This document shows positions 1 through 11,500 of a DNA stretch of 64,000 nt, piece by piece. Under the pieces are notes generated by a model. The model saw only the letters and a list, made by a program, of their open reading frames with translations, did no database searches and was not told the origin of the DNA. The DNA comes from Paragordius varius. Taxonomy: Eukaryota > Animalia > Nematomorpha. Location: NCBI GenBank assembly GCA_964247055.1, contig OZ176050.1:9486001-9550000 (forward strand). The letters are read 5' to 3'. Position 1 is the first letter of the stretch. Each line of letters opens with the position of its first letter. A program made the translations under genes and the position numbers.

Positions 1-600
1 TTTGTACAAATCGTCGATCCAGCACGTTTTCTTTTACCGCGTTTTACCTAGCACTTTTCCTGTCATCGGCTGGTATTCTAAGTTTTTGGATCTAGTACTA
101 TGGCCAAAGTAAACAAGTTTCATCAAGGCATGAGCTGTCATTCTTTGATGTCCAACTCTTTGAGGAATGAAGCATGCTTAGAAGATTAGATATATATCTA
201 ATTTTGGTTTTAAATTTAATGTCATCCAATGACCATAACATATTATATTTTATCATATTGGCTTTGTCGATTGCTATTCTTCTCCTGAGGGATGCTATTG
301 TATTAGTCGTATTGATAAGAGGTCCAAGATAAATCTATAGTGGAAGTACAGCAATTCATATCTAGGAATGTTAGGGTATTATATTGATTTTGTGAGTTTA
401 TGCGCATAATTTTTGTTTTAATTTAATTAATGGTTGGACCAAATTTTTGACATTCGTTGATAAATTGTAATGTCTTCAGTTCAACTGAGTTCGACACAAT
501 ATGGTGATGTCGGCCTAGTGGACTGACTTGTATTACCGGCGATTTAAATGCCAAATGATTTGTTTGTTTCGGATGCTTTCAATGCAGATACGCTTGAAAT
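1..600 (-). mobile_element. Decayed RTE-clade LINE, 3' (RT C-terminal) fragment
   Basis: Minus-strand translation gives IYLGPLINTTNTIASLRRRIAIDKANM (~350-250) and KLVYFGHSTRSKNLEYQPMTGKVLGKTR*KETCWIDDL (~120-5). These match the RTE C-terminal motifs YLGS..IN...RRRIA and YFGH..R....GK..GKR....W.DD, with stops and frameshifts. Confidence 0.65.
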
Positions 601-2002
601 TTTCACACACATATAGTTAATAAATAGGTACGTAAAATTATTAGAACAATCGAGCTTGAATAATTTCAAAATATTTTACAGAGTTTAGTTTGCTTATTTT
701 AATATATTAAAATTTTTGCGGTCAGTTTTAAAATTATTTTAAACTTATTAATTTTATTAAATGTATATTTTTTTTAAAAATCTCATTTAAGATTTTAAGT
801 TCTATCGTACCTTCTGGTAAATGGGGTGGGGTGTTAAAGCAAGTCAAGCGTGGCAATAAGCCAGCAAGTGTACACTTGAAGATCGGTGATAAAAAACACT
901 TAACTCAAGTGTTTTGCTTATGAATATGAAATTTTTTTTCTCCCAATCCGAATTTAGAAATTATTTTGCTCATTTTCAACCATAATTAATAAGGCATAAG
1001 ATAAATAATATCAATATGCATTTTTTGAAGTTTTTCAAACTCGATGGCACGTATCTTATTATAATGTCATAGATTTTTTTAAATATTGAGCTCGGTACTT
1101 ATAATTTTTAAATTGATGAAACCGTTCGCCTGTAAAACACTTTTAGCATAATATTTTCTGGTATTATACATAATAATCATAGAGTATTTTTTAATTATTA
1201 ATCCTAAGCTATGGATTATCACAAAATAATTGTTTTTATATTATGCGATATTTTTTTCAAACAATAAATTTGTTGTCCCAATGTTCATCACTAATTCCAG
1301 GTGAATATATCTCCAAGCTGCATCTATTTTGCTACTCATTTTGTTAGGAGCCCATTTGCATATAATGGGATGTACAATATAACAGTACATTATTATTTTC
1401 AATTGATTATTATTAACATTACATTTGAAATAAACTTATGATGAAAAAACTCTTTACATGTTTTAATGGTATGAAGTAATCTTTGGCGTTTAATTTAGGT
1501 AAAACGAAGATTGACTTAATAAGATTTATTATTTAATTGGATAGAAATCGTCTCAATGAAATTTAAAGCGATAATCAATCGTACACCGAATTTGGAAAAA
1601 AAATAAATTTAACATATATTTTAGGATTTCATTTATCCTATCGCGATCAGTTAATTGATTAATCAAAGATTAGGGCATTATTTAAAATAATATACATATC
1701 TTCAAGTTTTACTTGGCCATATGATTTATCACCTCCGAATCAAGATTTCCTGATTGACTTAATAACCCCCCCTCCCCAATGTTAATTAATTTACCACATG
1801 AAAGCAAGCCATGACTTGAAAATCTTGCAAGTCAAACCATAAAATCACCCAACCCAATGGTGTCTATTATGAAAACTGATAATTGATTGATTATATTGCC
1901 TTTAGAAAACATGTGTTTTTATTTTATTATTAGCCAATAATATTAAATGATTCCTTCGAGTTTTTTGAAAACAGAGTTAACAAAATTCAGTTTTATAATG
2001 CA

Positions 2003-3797
2003 CTAGCGTAAATTTCGTGCTGCTACCCAGCTCGAGGAAGTTCTTCGGCATTCGGGGAGGGGGGGCTATTTGAAAAAAGGGACAATAAAAGGATCCACAA
2101 ATGTGGATTATTTCGAAGCATTAATTAAAAGCTATGATTTCATAGGCTTTTCAAAACAGTGCATTCATACTAATATATTGTGTACTGGTGTAAAGGCCCC
2201 AAATTGACGGCTAACGTAAAAACCGCTACTATAATTTGTACCTTTTTATGGGTAATATTTAAAGCCTTTATTGAACTCGTATGGCTTCTTAAGTTTTTTG
2301 AAAATTAGCTCCAAAGCCACGCCATTTTTGTATGGCGTCTGAGTTTTAAACCGGTAGATCCCTATCCATAGGCCTATATGGAAAAAGCGCTCATCTTTGA
2401 GACCATCGTCTCATGGGTTATTCGAAAAAATACCTCAATACTAAATAATCGTTATATGATGGCGTATTTTTAGGGCATAAAGGCCCCAAATTAACGGCTA
2501 ATAAAAAAGGACTGACCTTAATTTTTACCTAGTTACGGGTGATATTTCAAACTTTAAATGAGCCCATATGGCATAAGTTTAAAATTAGTTCCAAAATAAC
2601 GCAATTTCTATATAGTAGCACAGTTTTTGGCGGGTAGCTTCTTACCCAGAGGCAGGTATAAAAAAGCGTCGGGCCAAATTTTTGTCTTTATATGGGGAAT
2701 ATTTGGAATTATAATGTCCATATGTTCCTATAAGTTCTTGGAAATATTGCTTCAAAACCAAAAAATTGTTTTATGGCGGCGATTTTTGAGGGCGTAAAAC
2801 TTTTCTTAGAGACTCATTGAAATAACCCCCTATACTAAAATATTTGTTTTTTAAGTGGTAATAAATATTTTAGGCCCCTATTGAACTTATATAGTCTTAT
2901 ATGTTTTCTGAAATTTGGCTCCAAAGGCATGCTGTACCGATAGTAACGTATTTTTACGCGGGTAACCCCCTTCCTAGAGCCTATATAACTGCTAACTTAA
3001 AACCGCTCGACTTAAATTTTTGCCTTTTTACCGGTAATATTTCAGGGCCTTTTAAAACTTATATGGCCTGATTTATGAAAATTAACTCCTAAACAACGCC
3101 ATATTGATATGGTGGCGCAGTTGTAGGCAGGTAGCTCCCTACCCAGACGCTGATACAAAAAAAGCGCTTGATTAAAATTTTGCCTTTACTGAGAATACTT
3201 GGAATCATGATTGACTCCATATGCTCTCATTAGTTTTCGGAAAAATTGCCTCAAAATTGAAAAATTATTCTATGGTGGCACATTTTTCAGGGCGTGAAGG
3301 GCCTAATTAACGGCTAATTTTAATAAACCGCACGATTTAAATTTTTGACTTTTAACAGGGAATACCTGGAATCCTTAATGAATTTTTACGGTCTCATACC
3401 TTGGGCGAAAAATAGATTCAAAAAATTATTTTTGTGGTCATAATTTTTTTAAAAAAATAGCATTTTACGGGGAGAGCGGGTAGAGGGCCTATATAAAGTG
3501 AGCCGACTATATTTGGCGAAATCGAAAAATAAAAAAAAACTCATATTGGAAATCGAAAGGTCCAACACGTTTTCCTGAAAATTGTCTCAAAGACACGATT
3601 TTTGTGGACTTCTTTTTTCAAAAAAACCGTTTTTTTACACGGGGTGGGCCCCAACTGGGGCTAATGCAAGAAAAGGGCAAAGCTATTGTCGGGGCATTCA
3701 TTAATGATTATATTTTTCGACATTTGGATTATGGGTCTATCGGTTTTCTGAAAACAGATCACAAAGCCAGAATTTTCCATTTTTATAAATATATAGA
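2003..3797 (-). mobile_element. Non-autonomous Helitron, copy A (complete termini)
   Basis: On the minus strand it starts A|TCTATATATTTATAAAAATGG (3797) and ends with a GC hairpin plus CTAG|T (2006-2003), inserted between A and T with no TSD. It has internal ~150-bp diverged tandem units and is collinear with copies at 18.4-20.9, 33.5-35.4, 46.7-47.7 and 52.7-53.3 kb. Confidence 0.85.
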
Positions 3798-4433
3798 TTT
3801 CAGGGAGAAAAAAACATCTCACCATATAATTTAATATGGATAAAAATTCAAAACTTTTAGGTCAATAATTTAAAAAAAAATTTTTCGACCTTCCCATTTA
3901 ATATTTACAGTTATTAAACTCTTATATTGAAATTATTTTTAATTTCTTAGCGCTCACAGTGTTCTGTAAGACAAGATTGATATTAAATTCGTAATATGTG
4001 AACTTTCTAATTTTTCCATCGTAAGACGAATGTTGGAAATTTAATTCTGCGTATTGAGTTAACAGCTGTTTTTACACATAATTTACAATTAAAAGATGTT
4101 AATGCAATTAAATTTAAAATTTAATAAACCGTCTAAAATATATAGAAATGAAAAAAATAGTGTATCTTTTTAAGGGCCCAAATCGTTAATTTGAGTAAAA
4201 AAATGTTCAGTATATATTTATTTCTCGTCAAATTTCTATAGCTCAAAAAATATTCGTCAATTGTCAATAATCGATTTTTTGAAAACTTAATATTCTTATT
4301 TTTTTATAAAAAAAAATGAGTAATATAATAATAAATCATATATATCCTTGAAGTAAACAATACTGTGCTTATCAATTTTTATATTTCACATTTTTAAAAC
4401 CATATTTTTTCACTTATTCCTTTTCAAAGCGTA

Positions 4434-5745
4434 ATGAAGTTCTTGCTAATAGTTATAATTAGTTGTTTTATAACTGCCTTAATATATTCGAAGTTCACAA
4501 TCCCACCGGTATTTTACCTTTTTTTACCTTTTCGGAATGTAGTTTTCTGAATTAACTTAATAGTGATTTTAATTATGAGAACCTTTGACATTTACTTAAT
4601 TTAAGGTGAATATTATTATATTCCTTAATAATCAAATAATTTATCGGGTTTTTAAATTAAATTTAATAAACCAACCAAAAATATGTAAAAAAAACCATTG
4701 ATAAAATCAAAATCGGAAAAAACTTGACTCATTACTCGCATTCGAAATCATATTATATTACAAACATTTTTATGACTTTGTAATAAATTTTTCAAATCAG
4801 AAAATTTATGTATCTTTTTGCTCTAAATATTAGATCGCAAAAAATAAATTAGATAAATTATTTGGTTTAGTTTACATTATATATATTTACATATTATTAA
4901 ATTAAAGCTTAAACCATGCGATAGCAGCTGTGATTTGAAGACACATTGTTGCGCGAAACCACCAATAGCTAATTATTCTAGAAATGCTCAAGGTATGTTT
5001 TACTTAAAATAGGTAAAATTAAGTATACCGAAGTAAATGATATATAGGTTGATTAAATAATATCATTTCAAAGAACACAAATAATATTAACATTCTGAAC
5101 AAAATAGCAAATTTTTGTTAGAATTTTAACAACCACTTCTCTAGATTTAAGTTCGATTACGAGCTTATAGAGGTATATTTGGTTAACAATATCGCATTTA
5201 ACAAACCTTGGAATACAAATAATAACGAATTTGGTTTATGAAAAATTCTATGAAGCCTATATTTTATATCGAAAGGTACCTATTTTGAAACCGTTAAATT
5301 ATAAAGACTTTCTTGAGGGGTTCAGGCATATTTATTTTTATTACTGTTTTACCATTACTAACTACTTATATATCCAACGGTTTGCCAATAATTCGAAACA
5401 TCATAAATTGTTATTTAACTGTGATACTTTTTAAATATAAAATTGTTGATTTATTTTAACCCTACTTTTTTATATATGGGATTAATTTCAAATTTGCCAA
5501 TTTCAATAAAATCTAAAAATATTTAACCAAGTATATTTAAATCATACAGCTCAAGTCGTTTTGCTATGAATGTCTCTTTTTATTTAGAATCATGTTATCC
5601 AAGACCTGGTAAGGACAAATTTTGTGCCTTGGACAAAAGTAGAGAGGAAAAGAATGCCTTTATGTCATTGAGTTGTCCCTGCTTAGACGGTCTGGAATGT
5701 GTGAGAAAATTTGATTATTGGGGTCACTGTGTAAAGAAACCCTAA
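4434..5745 (+). CDS. Secreted 105-aa cysteine-rich colipase-fold (prokineticin/astakine/Dickkopf-CRD2-like) protein
   Basis: Exons 4434-4508, 4908-4992, 5588-5745 with GT-AG junctions and matching phases (0, 1). Signal peptide MKFLLIVIISCFITALIYS, then C-x3-C-x5-CC-x15-C-x9-C-x16-CPC-x5-C-x9-C. Missed by the ORF track because the exons are short. Confidence 0.8.
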
Positions 5746-7819
5746 TCTAGTTTATTTTGTACATATTTTTTAATACCATACATAACTTTGTAAACATAAA
5801 ATGTGTTACAATGATTAATTATTTTTACCAAATAGTTTTCATTTAACAGTTTCGTAGAGCACACATTTATAATTTAAGCCTGAAATAAATTTATAATTAT
5901 TTATTAAAAAAACGTTTCTTAGCCGAAAACATTAAATAACTCAATCTTAAGATTAAACCCAGCCATTGTAACGGGAACTTTGTTGATTATATATATTAAA
6001 TTACTATCCTGATTTTATGCAATACTAATCATATAGCTTTTGAAATTGGGCTTTACATGTCATTTGAGGAAGTGATTACTTTTGTGTTGTTTCATAGCGA
6101 ATAAAATCAGCGCACATTATGTTAATTAAAATTTCTTGGTGAAATGACACTTCATGCAAATTAATTAAAATATCTTATATTCAAAAGCAAAGCTGTATAT
6201 TTTGATTTTTAGATGTGCTTTCCGAACGTCAAGTTTTGCATCCTTTGAAAATGGGCTAGTTTTAAAAACAAACGCAAAAATGCTGAGACTGCACGATAAA
6301 AATACATAGATTTGTTACCAAAAAAGTTTGTGATACATTGCTTAAAAATTTATTTTTTCGCAAAATATGTAGCGTATTTTAAAGAGTTTTAAAGAAACAT
6401 TCTTTCATATCGATGATGCTGAACAATTCTATTACCTAGATTTTCAACATCTCTATCACCTAGATTTTCAATTAAAAGATGTGTAGGTTTGATTTTAATA
6501 AAATTTTTGCAATGCACAATTTATTTTTATTTTAAAGAAGGAATCATTTATAATTAAAAATCTAATGCGTTAGGTTCGGCATCATTTAACTAATCATAAA
6601 ATTCATAATTCTTAAAAACATTTATACCGTTTCCAACACACTTAAGTCTACCATCAATACGCTTCATTAAAATTCTTCTAAATATCAAATTTTAGGAAGA
6701 ATGTGCATTTTCCAAAAATAACTATTTAGTATTCTTAAATTTTTTATAGATTTTCGCGTATATTTTAACAATCCTATATCAGAAGGGTCCCAAACATTAG
6801 ATTATTAAGGTGGGAAAGTCTAAAAATTAAAATTTATTTTAAATGTAATATATGCTGATTATTTTTTGAAATGAAGCATCTAATTTTGGCCATAATAATT
6901 TTATTTAATATAATGTGCGTTGAGATTTTTCAATGGAAGAAAAGTATATAATTTTCATTCTTACACTCGATCATTTAACGGGTTACTCACCTGCTTTTGA
7001 TGAAAAACATAAGAAGTTAAGTTATAACTTTTAAAAAAACTGATGATCTATTTATGTTTCTATTAAATACTCCTTATTTTATTTATAAATTTAATATTTG
7101 TTTTTAGGTATTTTAGTTAAATTTCACTATTATGTATTGATTTGCTTTTTAACGAATGATCAAAACAGCTGACAATCAGTTTTGGATTTAAAATGAGGTT
7201 CCCTTTAGTAAAATATTTCTGTTCTGACCCTAAATTTGGCACGCTAATATATGTTATAACAGGTGAATTGGTTAAGTGTTTTGATGTTTAAGGAATACTT
7301 TAAATTAATGAGAAATATCTTAAAGTATCCCAGAAAATATGTTAAATATTTAAATTTTAACAAATCAGATGTATTTACTGTTATTTTTTTAAATTTTATT
7401 TCGAAATCGGTTCAGATATGAGTATTATGATTGAACAAGAAAAGTTTAATATATTTATTTGAAATAAATGGATGCGAATATAAAAATAGGGAATAATTTA
7501 CTAAACTTATTATTTTGCAAAAAAAATAAATATATGATTATAGAGAGATCGTGTGAAAATAATAACTTATTGGGCGTATCATTGGTAAAAAATACAATTG
7601 CATACAGTTTGTTTATAATTTATATAAGAGAGATGGTTGCATAGTAAATTTTTATTTTGATAGCCAAATTTATATTGGTTAATATTTTTGGATTTCAATA
7701 AATCATATCTTTCAGAAATCATTTCAGAAAATGAAATATGGAATGGTTTTGAATGGCGTTTTTATTTTTTAGAAGAGGGATTTATAGAAATTAAAAGCCA
7801 TGAATTACGTACTACATTG

Positions 7820-8469
7820 TTAGAGGCAATAGTTTTCATACATTGTTTCATTACATTGGGAACATGTTACATAACAACACCATTGAAATTTGCATTGACA
7901 CATTTTGTTAATCGTGCGTGTTATAGTAGTCCTATAGCCACGTCCACAACATAATAAATCGCAACTATTGAGTTTCGATGGGTCGGTTTCACATTTCCTC
8001 CCTTGCGTTCCATGCGTGAATCCGAGTTTGGGTTTAGGATCACAGAAATCTGGACTTGGTTTAATGTAGATGAGATCTTTCTTAGTGTGCGGTTTGATGT
8101 CATGTCCGACCGGTTCCAACATTTTTCTTCCCCGTTCAAGCGTTTGAACAGTATCATAAATAATGTCTGTTAACATGTTGGCTTTATTCATTCCATTTTG
8201 TTGGTTATTATTATTATTATTAACAATTTCGATATTCTTAGATAATGTGTTAAGGTTACTGTTTATAGATGATCCAATCTGTTTAAGTTTTACTTCAGTG
8301 GCGCCATCGAATTTGGATTTTAGCATCATGCCTATGGTTGAGAATGAGGGTGGAAGTGAACGCCAACACGTTTTAAGTTCGCACGAGCCCGAAGCCCCAT
8401 GACATTTACAATAGGTTTTGACGGACCTTTCAACAGCCTAATTTTCACAGCATAAATTATAATTAAAAT

Positions 8470-8509
<40 letters not shown>

Positions 8510-11500
8510 AGTCTTAAACTCAATATTGTTTTTACCTTTCTTCCAGCTCCGCTGTTATGAAGATTTGACAAAATTTTTGAAAGTAGATCCTCTATTCGTT
8601 TTTCTAATAGTTTTTTTCGGTAAATCACAGTGTTCATGTATTCAATCGCCTTTATACGCTCATAGAAGGAATTGGGTTGATAGCTTGGCTCGACGGGGAC
8701 CATGTTATTAGTCATCATATTAGATGTATCTTCCATTTTACCATCTTTCTGTAATTTATCTATAATTTTTCGTTTTTTCCGCTCATAATTTAGTTCCTCT
8801 CGCGTATCAACAAAATTTTGAGCAAATGCTATCCCAAAAGCCGTATTATCTGAACAACCTCCCCACACAAATTCATGTTTATTTGATGGATGTGGTTGAG
8901 GTGGCATAAGTTTTGATTTTGGAACTTTTTGATTTCCCTCCATTTTGGAAAACGACATTGCTGAATATATGTTAGAAGTTTTGTCATTTGGTATATTACC
9001 ATAATTGTTACTATAGTATGTCGATTTAGTTTTGGGGTGTTGGCGTAACAGGGATGGGCCATAGGGATTGTGTGTCAATCTGTCGCCTTCTATTTCTGAC
9101 GGATGTTCAGGATTTCTCTTAACATATCTCGTATTCTCTTGTATTGCATTATAATGTATACGGTTAAACATATCAAACTCTTGTTGGAATGGCACCCATT
9201 TTTGATTGCCTGACTGGGAATGGTGATGTTTTTCTCTACGCGTCCTTACTAGAGTTTTTGAATAAGGTGCTGACAATACATTTCTTGGCACATGATTGAA
9301 TTTGCCTTCTCCGGGTCCTTTATGTGGGGAATGGTTTAATACATTCATATCACATCCACATCTCCGTAATTTACCTTGACTACAAGCCCGAGTTATTGTG
9401 TAAGCCAAACCTGCCGATGATATGGCATGTACAAAAGCTGCCTCTCTTGTCCCTAAAACATAATTAAATTGGATAACATTAATAGAATCCTCTAGAATTG
9501 GTTTAATTTAAAAGGATAATATTTACTAAAATAAAAAAATTCAACAGATTAAAATAGTAAAGTTTTAAAAGAGGATAGTTGCTCATACAATTATTTGGTT
9601 ATAATATTATGACAAAAAGCAAAACCATCAAAAAACTATGGCTTAGTCCATTATAATTTTTCACTGAACACCGTATTTTTAGCCAAAAAATATAAAATTA
9701 TGTACCCGAGTTCAGTAGTTTTCCTAAATTTTTTAATTGTGATTTAAGAATATTGTCCAGTACGACATCATCATCGTTTAAAACTGATTTTCTTTCAACG
9801 TTTTCAGGCTTTGTAACAGATATGGAATCCAAACCTCGTTCAACTATCCGACCTTTGTAGGGAGAGTCTGTTTGTGATATGTCAAACCGACCATTGTTAG
9901 CTTGAAATCTATTTTAAACATTAATTGATTAGAAGTATCTGCTTTAATACAGTTAAAAAATAAAATTTTAGTTTAAAGAAGCGCACGCACCTCATTTGTT
10001 TAATAGTGTTGAGATTCATCATATTATTTTTCAAATTTTCATGTTTTGTCATGCCATTATCCTTCGTGGATTTGAGCGGAACGGGGAAGAGAGTACAATT
10101 CCATCTTCTATCGTGGAATTGATTTTGACATTCTTGGATAGCCATAGAGGCACCTTTGCGAATGCTGTCAAATAATTCGATATCCTCAGTTTTTTCGTGA
10201 CACACCTGAATATCCTTGTGAAGGTCCATTTTTATAAGCATGCGCTTTTTTGTACATAGCTCATGGTCATACAGAAAGTATTTCATGTGATAATTGTGAT
10301 ACGGGTCGGATGAAGGGGGAAACCGTTTTAGTTTACTTTGGGAGGAAGTAGTAGAACCAGAAATTTTGAAAATACTTAATGTCGAAAATGATGGAGATGT
10401 TGTAATTCTTAGCCTCTGTTCTGAGTGTTTAAATAGATTTGGGTCATTATATGAGTTGCTGGACCTACCGTCAGACAATAAAGATTCGTCCCGATTTCCT
10501 GTTGGTAAGGAATGTAAACTATTGAAGAGATCGTCATTTGCATTAAAATCATAAAGGACGGGCCCAATGTTTGCCAATGACCTAAAAAATAGATGAGCAT
10601 TTTATTTAAGAACTTTACGTTATGCTTTATAACAGTATCTACTCCAAAGATCCGGTGAAATTTGAGCAAATATATACAGGGGCTTTTTTTTCAAAACACA
10701 AAATTAAATTTAAAATTGTTATTTAATAATGATTAAAATCCTAGTTTAGGGTATTGAAATAATGCAAACGAAGACACTCTATTGGTTTTATCCCACAATG
10801 TCATGGCTACAGAGGTGTAGCTAGAGGAGGGAAAGAGGGCTTATGCACCTGATGCCTTAGTTGAAGGGGCACCGGATTTTATTTTAAAAAATAGGGATTT
10901 GAAAGCTGTTATTTTAGCTAATACATAAAAAAATCACCCATTTATGAGTGATCATGACCACGTTTTTGAATTTGATTATTTTTTTGAAATGCAAGGAGTC
11001 GCATGGACGGAAAGAGGGCGCCAGAAATACAAGCTACGTCTCTGCATGGCTATTAAAAACTAATGGGTTACTTTTCATTATAGGATAATTATTGATCCAC
11101 CAAATTATTAAAATATACACCGGTTCTTTACCACATAAATGGAATAACTTGATAAGGGAACAACTCTTGCATTCCTAAATTCAGTGATATGTTTGTTATG
11201 TAGTCTAAAAAATATTTTCTCTAATTCTCTTCAGGGTTAGTTAGTAATAAATGGAAGTAATTAGTTTTTTTATTACAAATAAGGCAATATAAAATTGAAA
11301 AATCCCGTAAATTACTAAAACGAAAAAAATTCCCCTTAACAAAGGATAAAAATATACCTATGTTGTAATCAAAACGATACGTTTGAAATATATATATAAT
11401 CCCGTGAAATGTTTATATTATAAAAACCAATTATTTTTTTAAAACATCACAAAACGTACGACACATAATCAAATTATCAGTGTCACCAAAAGTGTAGCTC

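Noticed and set aside
2240-3400. Regularly spaced repeats resembling a CRISPR array
   Set aside because: Eukaryotic DNA; units are ~150-bp diverged tandem repeats without unique spacers, inside a Helitron.
3604-3834. ORFs at 3604, 35162, 47131, 47419, 53030 and 53059 with similar peptides (GPNWG..KKG..IVGAFINDY)
   Set aside because: They are chance frames in the Helitron 5'-subterminal region; frames and stops differ between copies, so they are not a conserved gene family.
7688-8711. Plus-strand and alternative-frame ORFs overlapping Wnt exons (also 8829-9062, 10366-10669)
   Set aside because: Shadow ORFs of the Wnt coding sequence with no independent homology.
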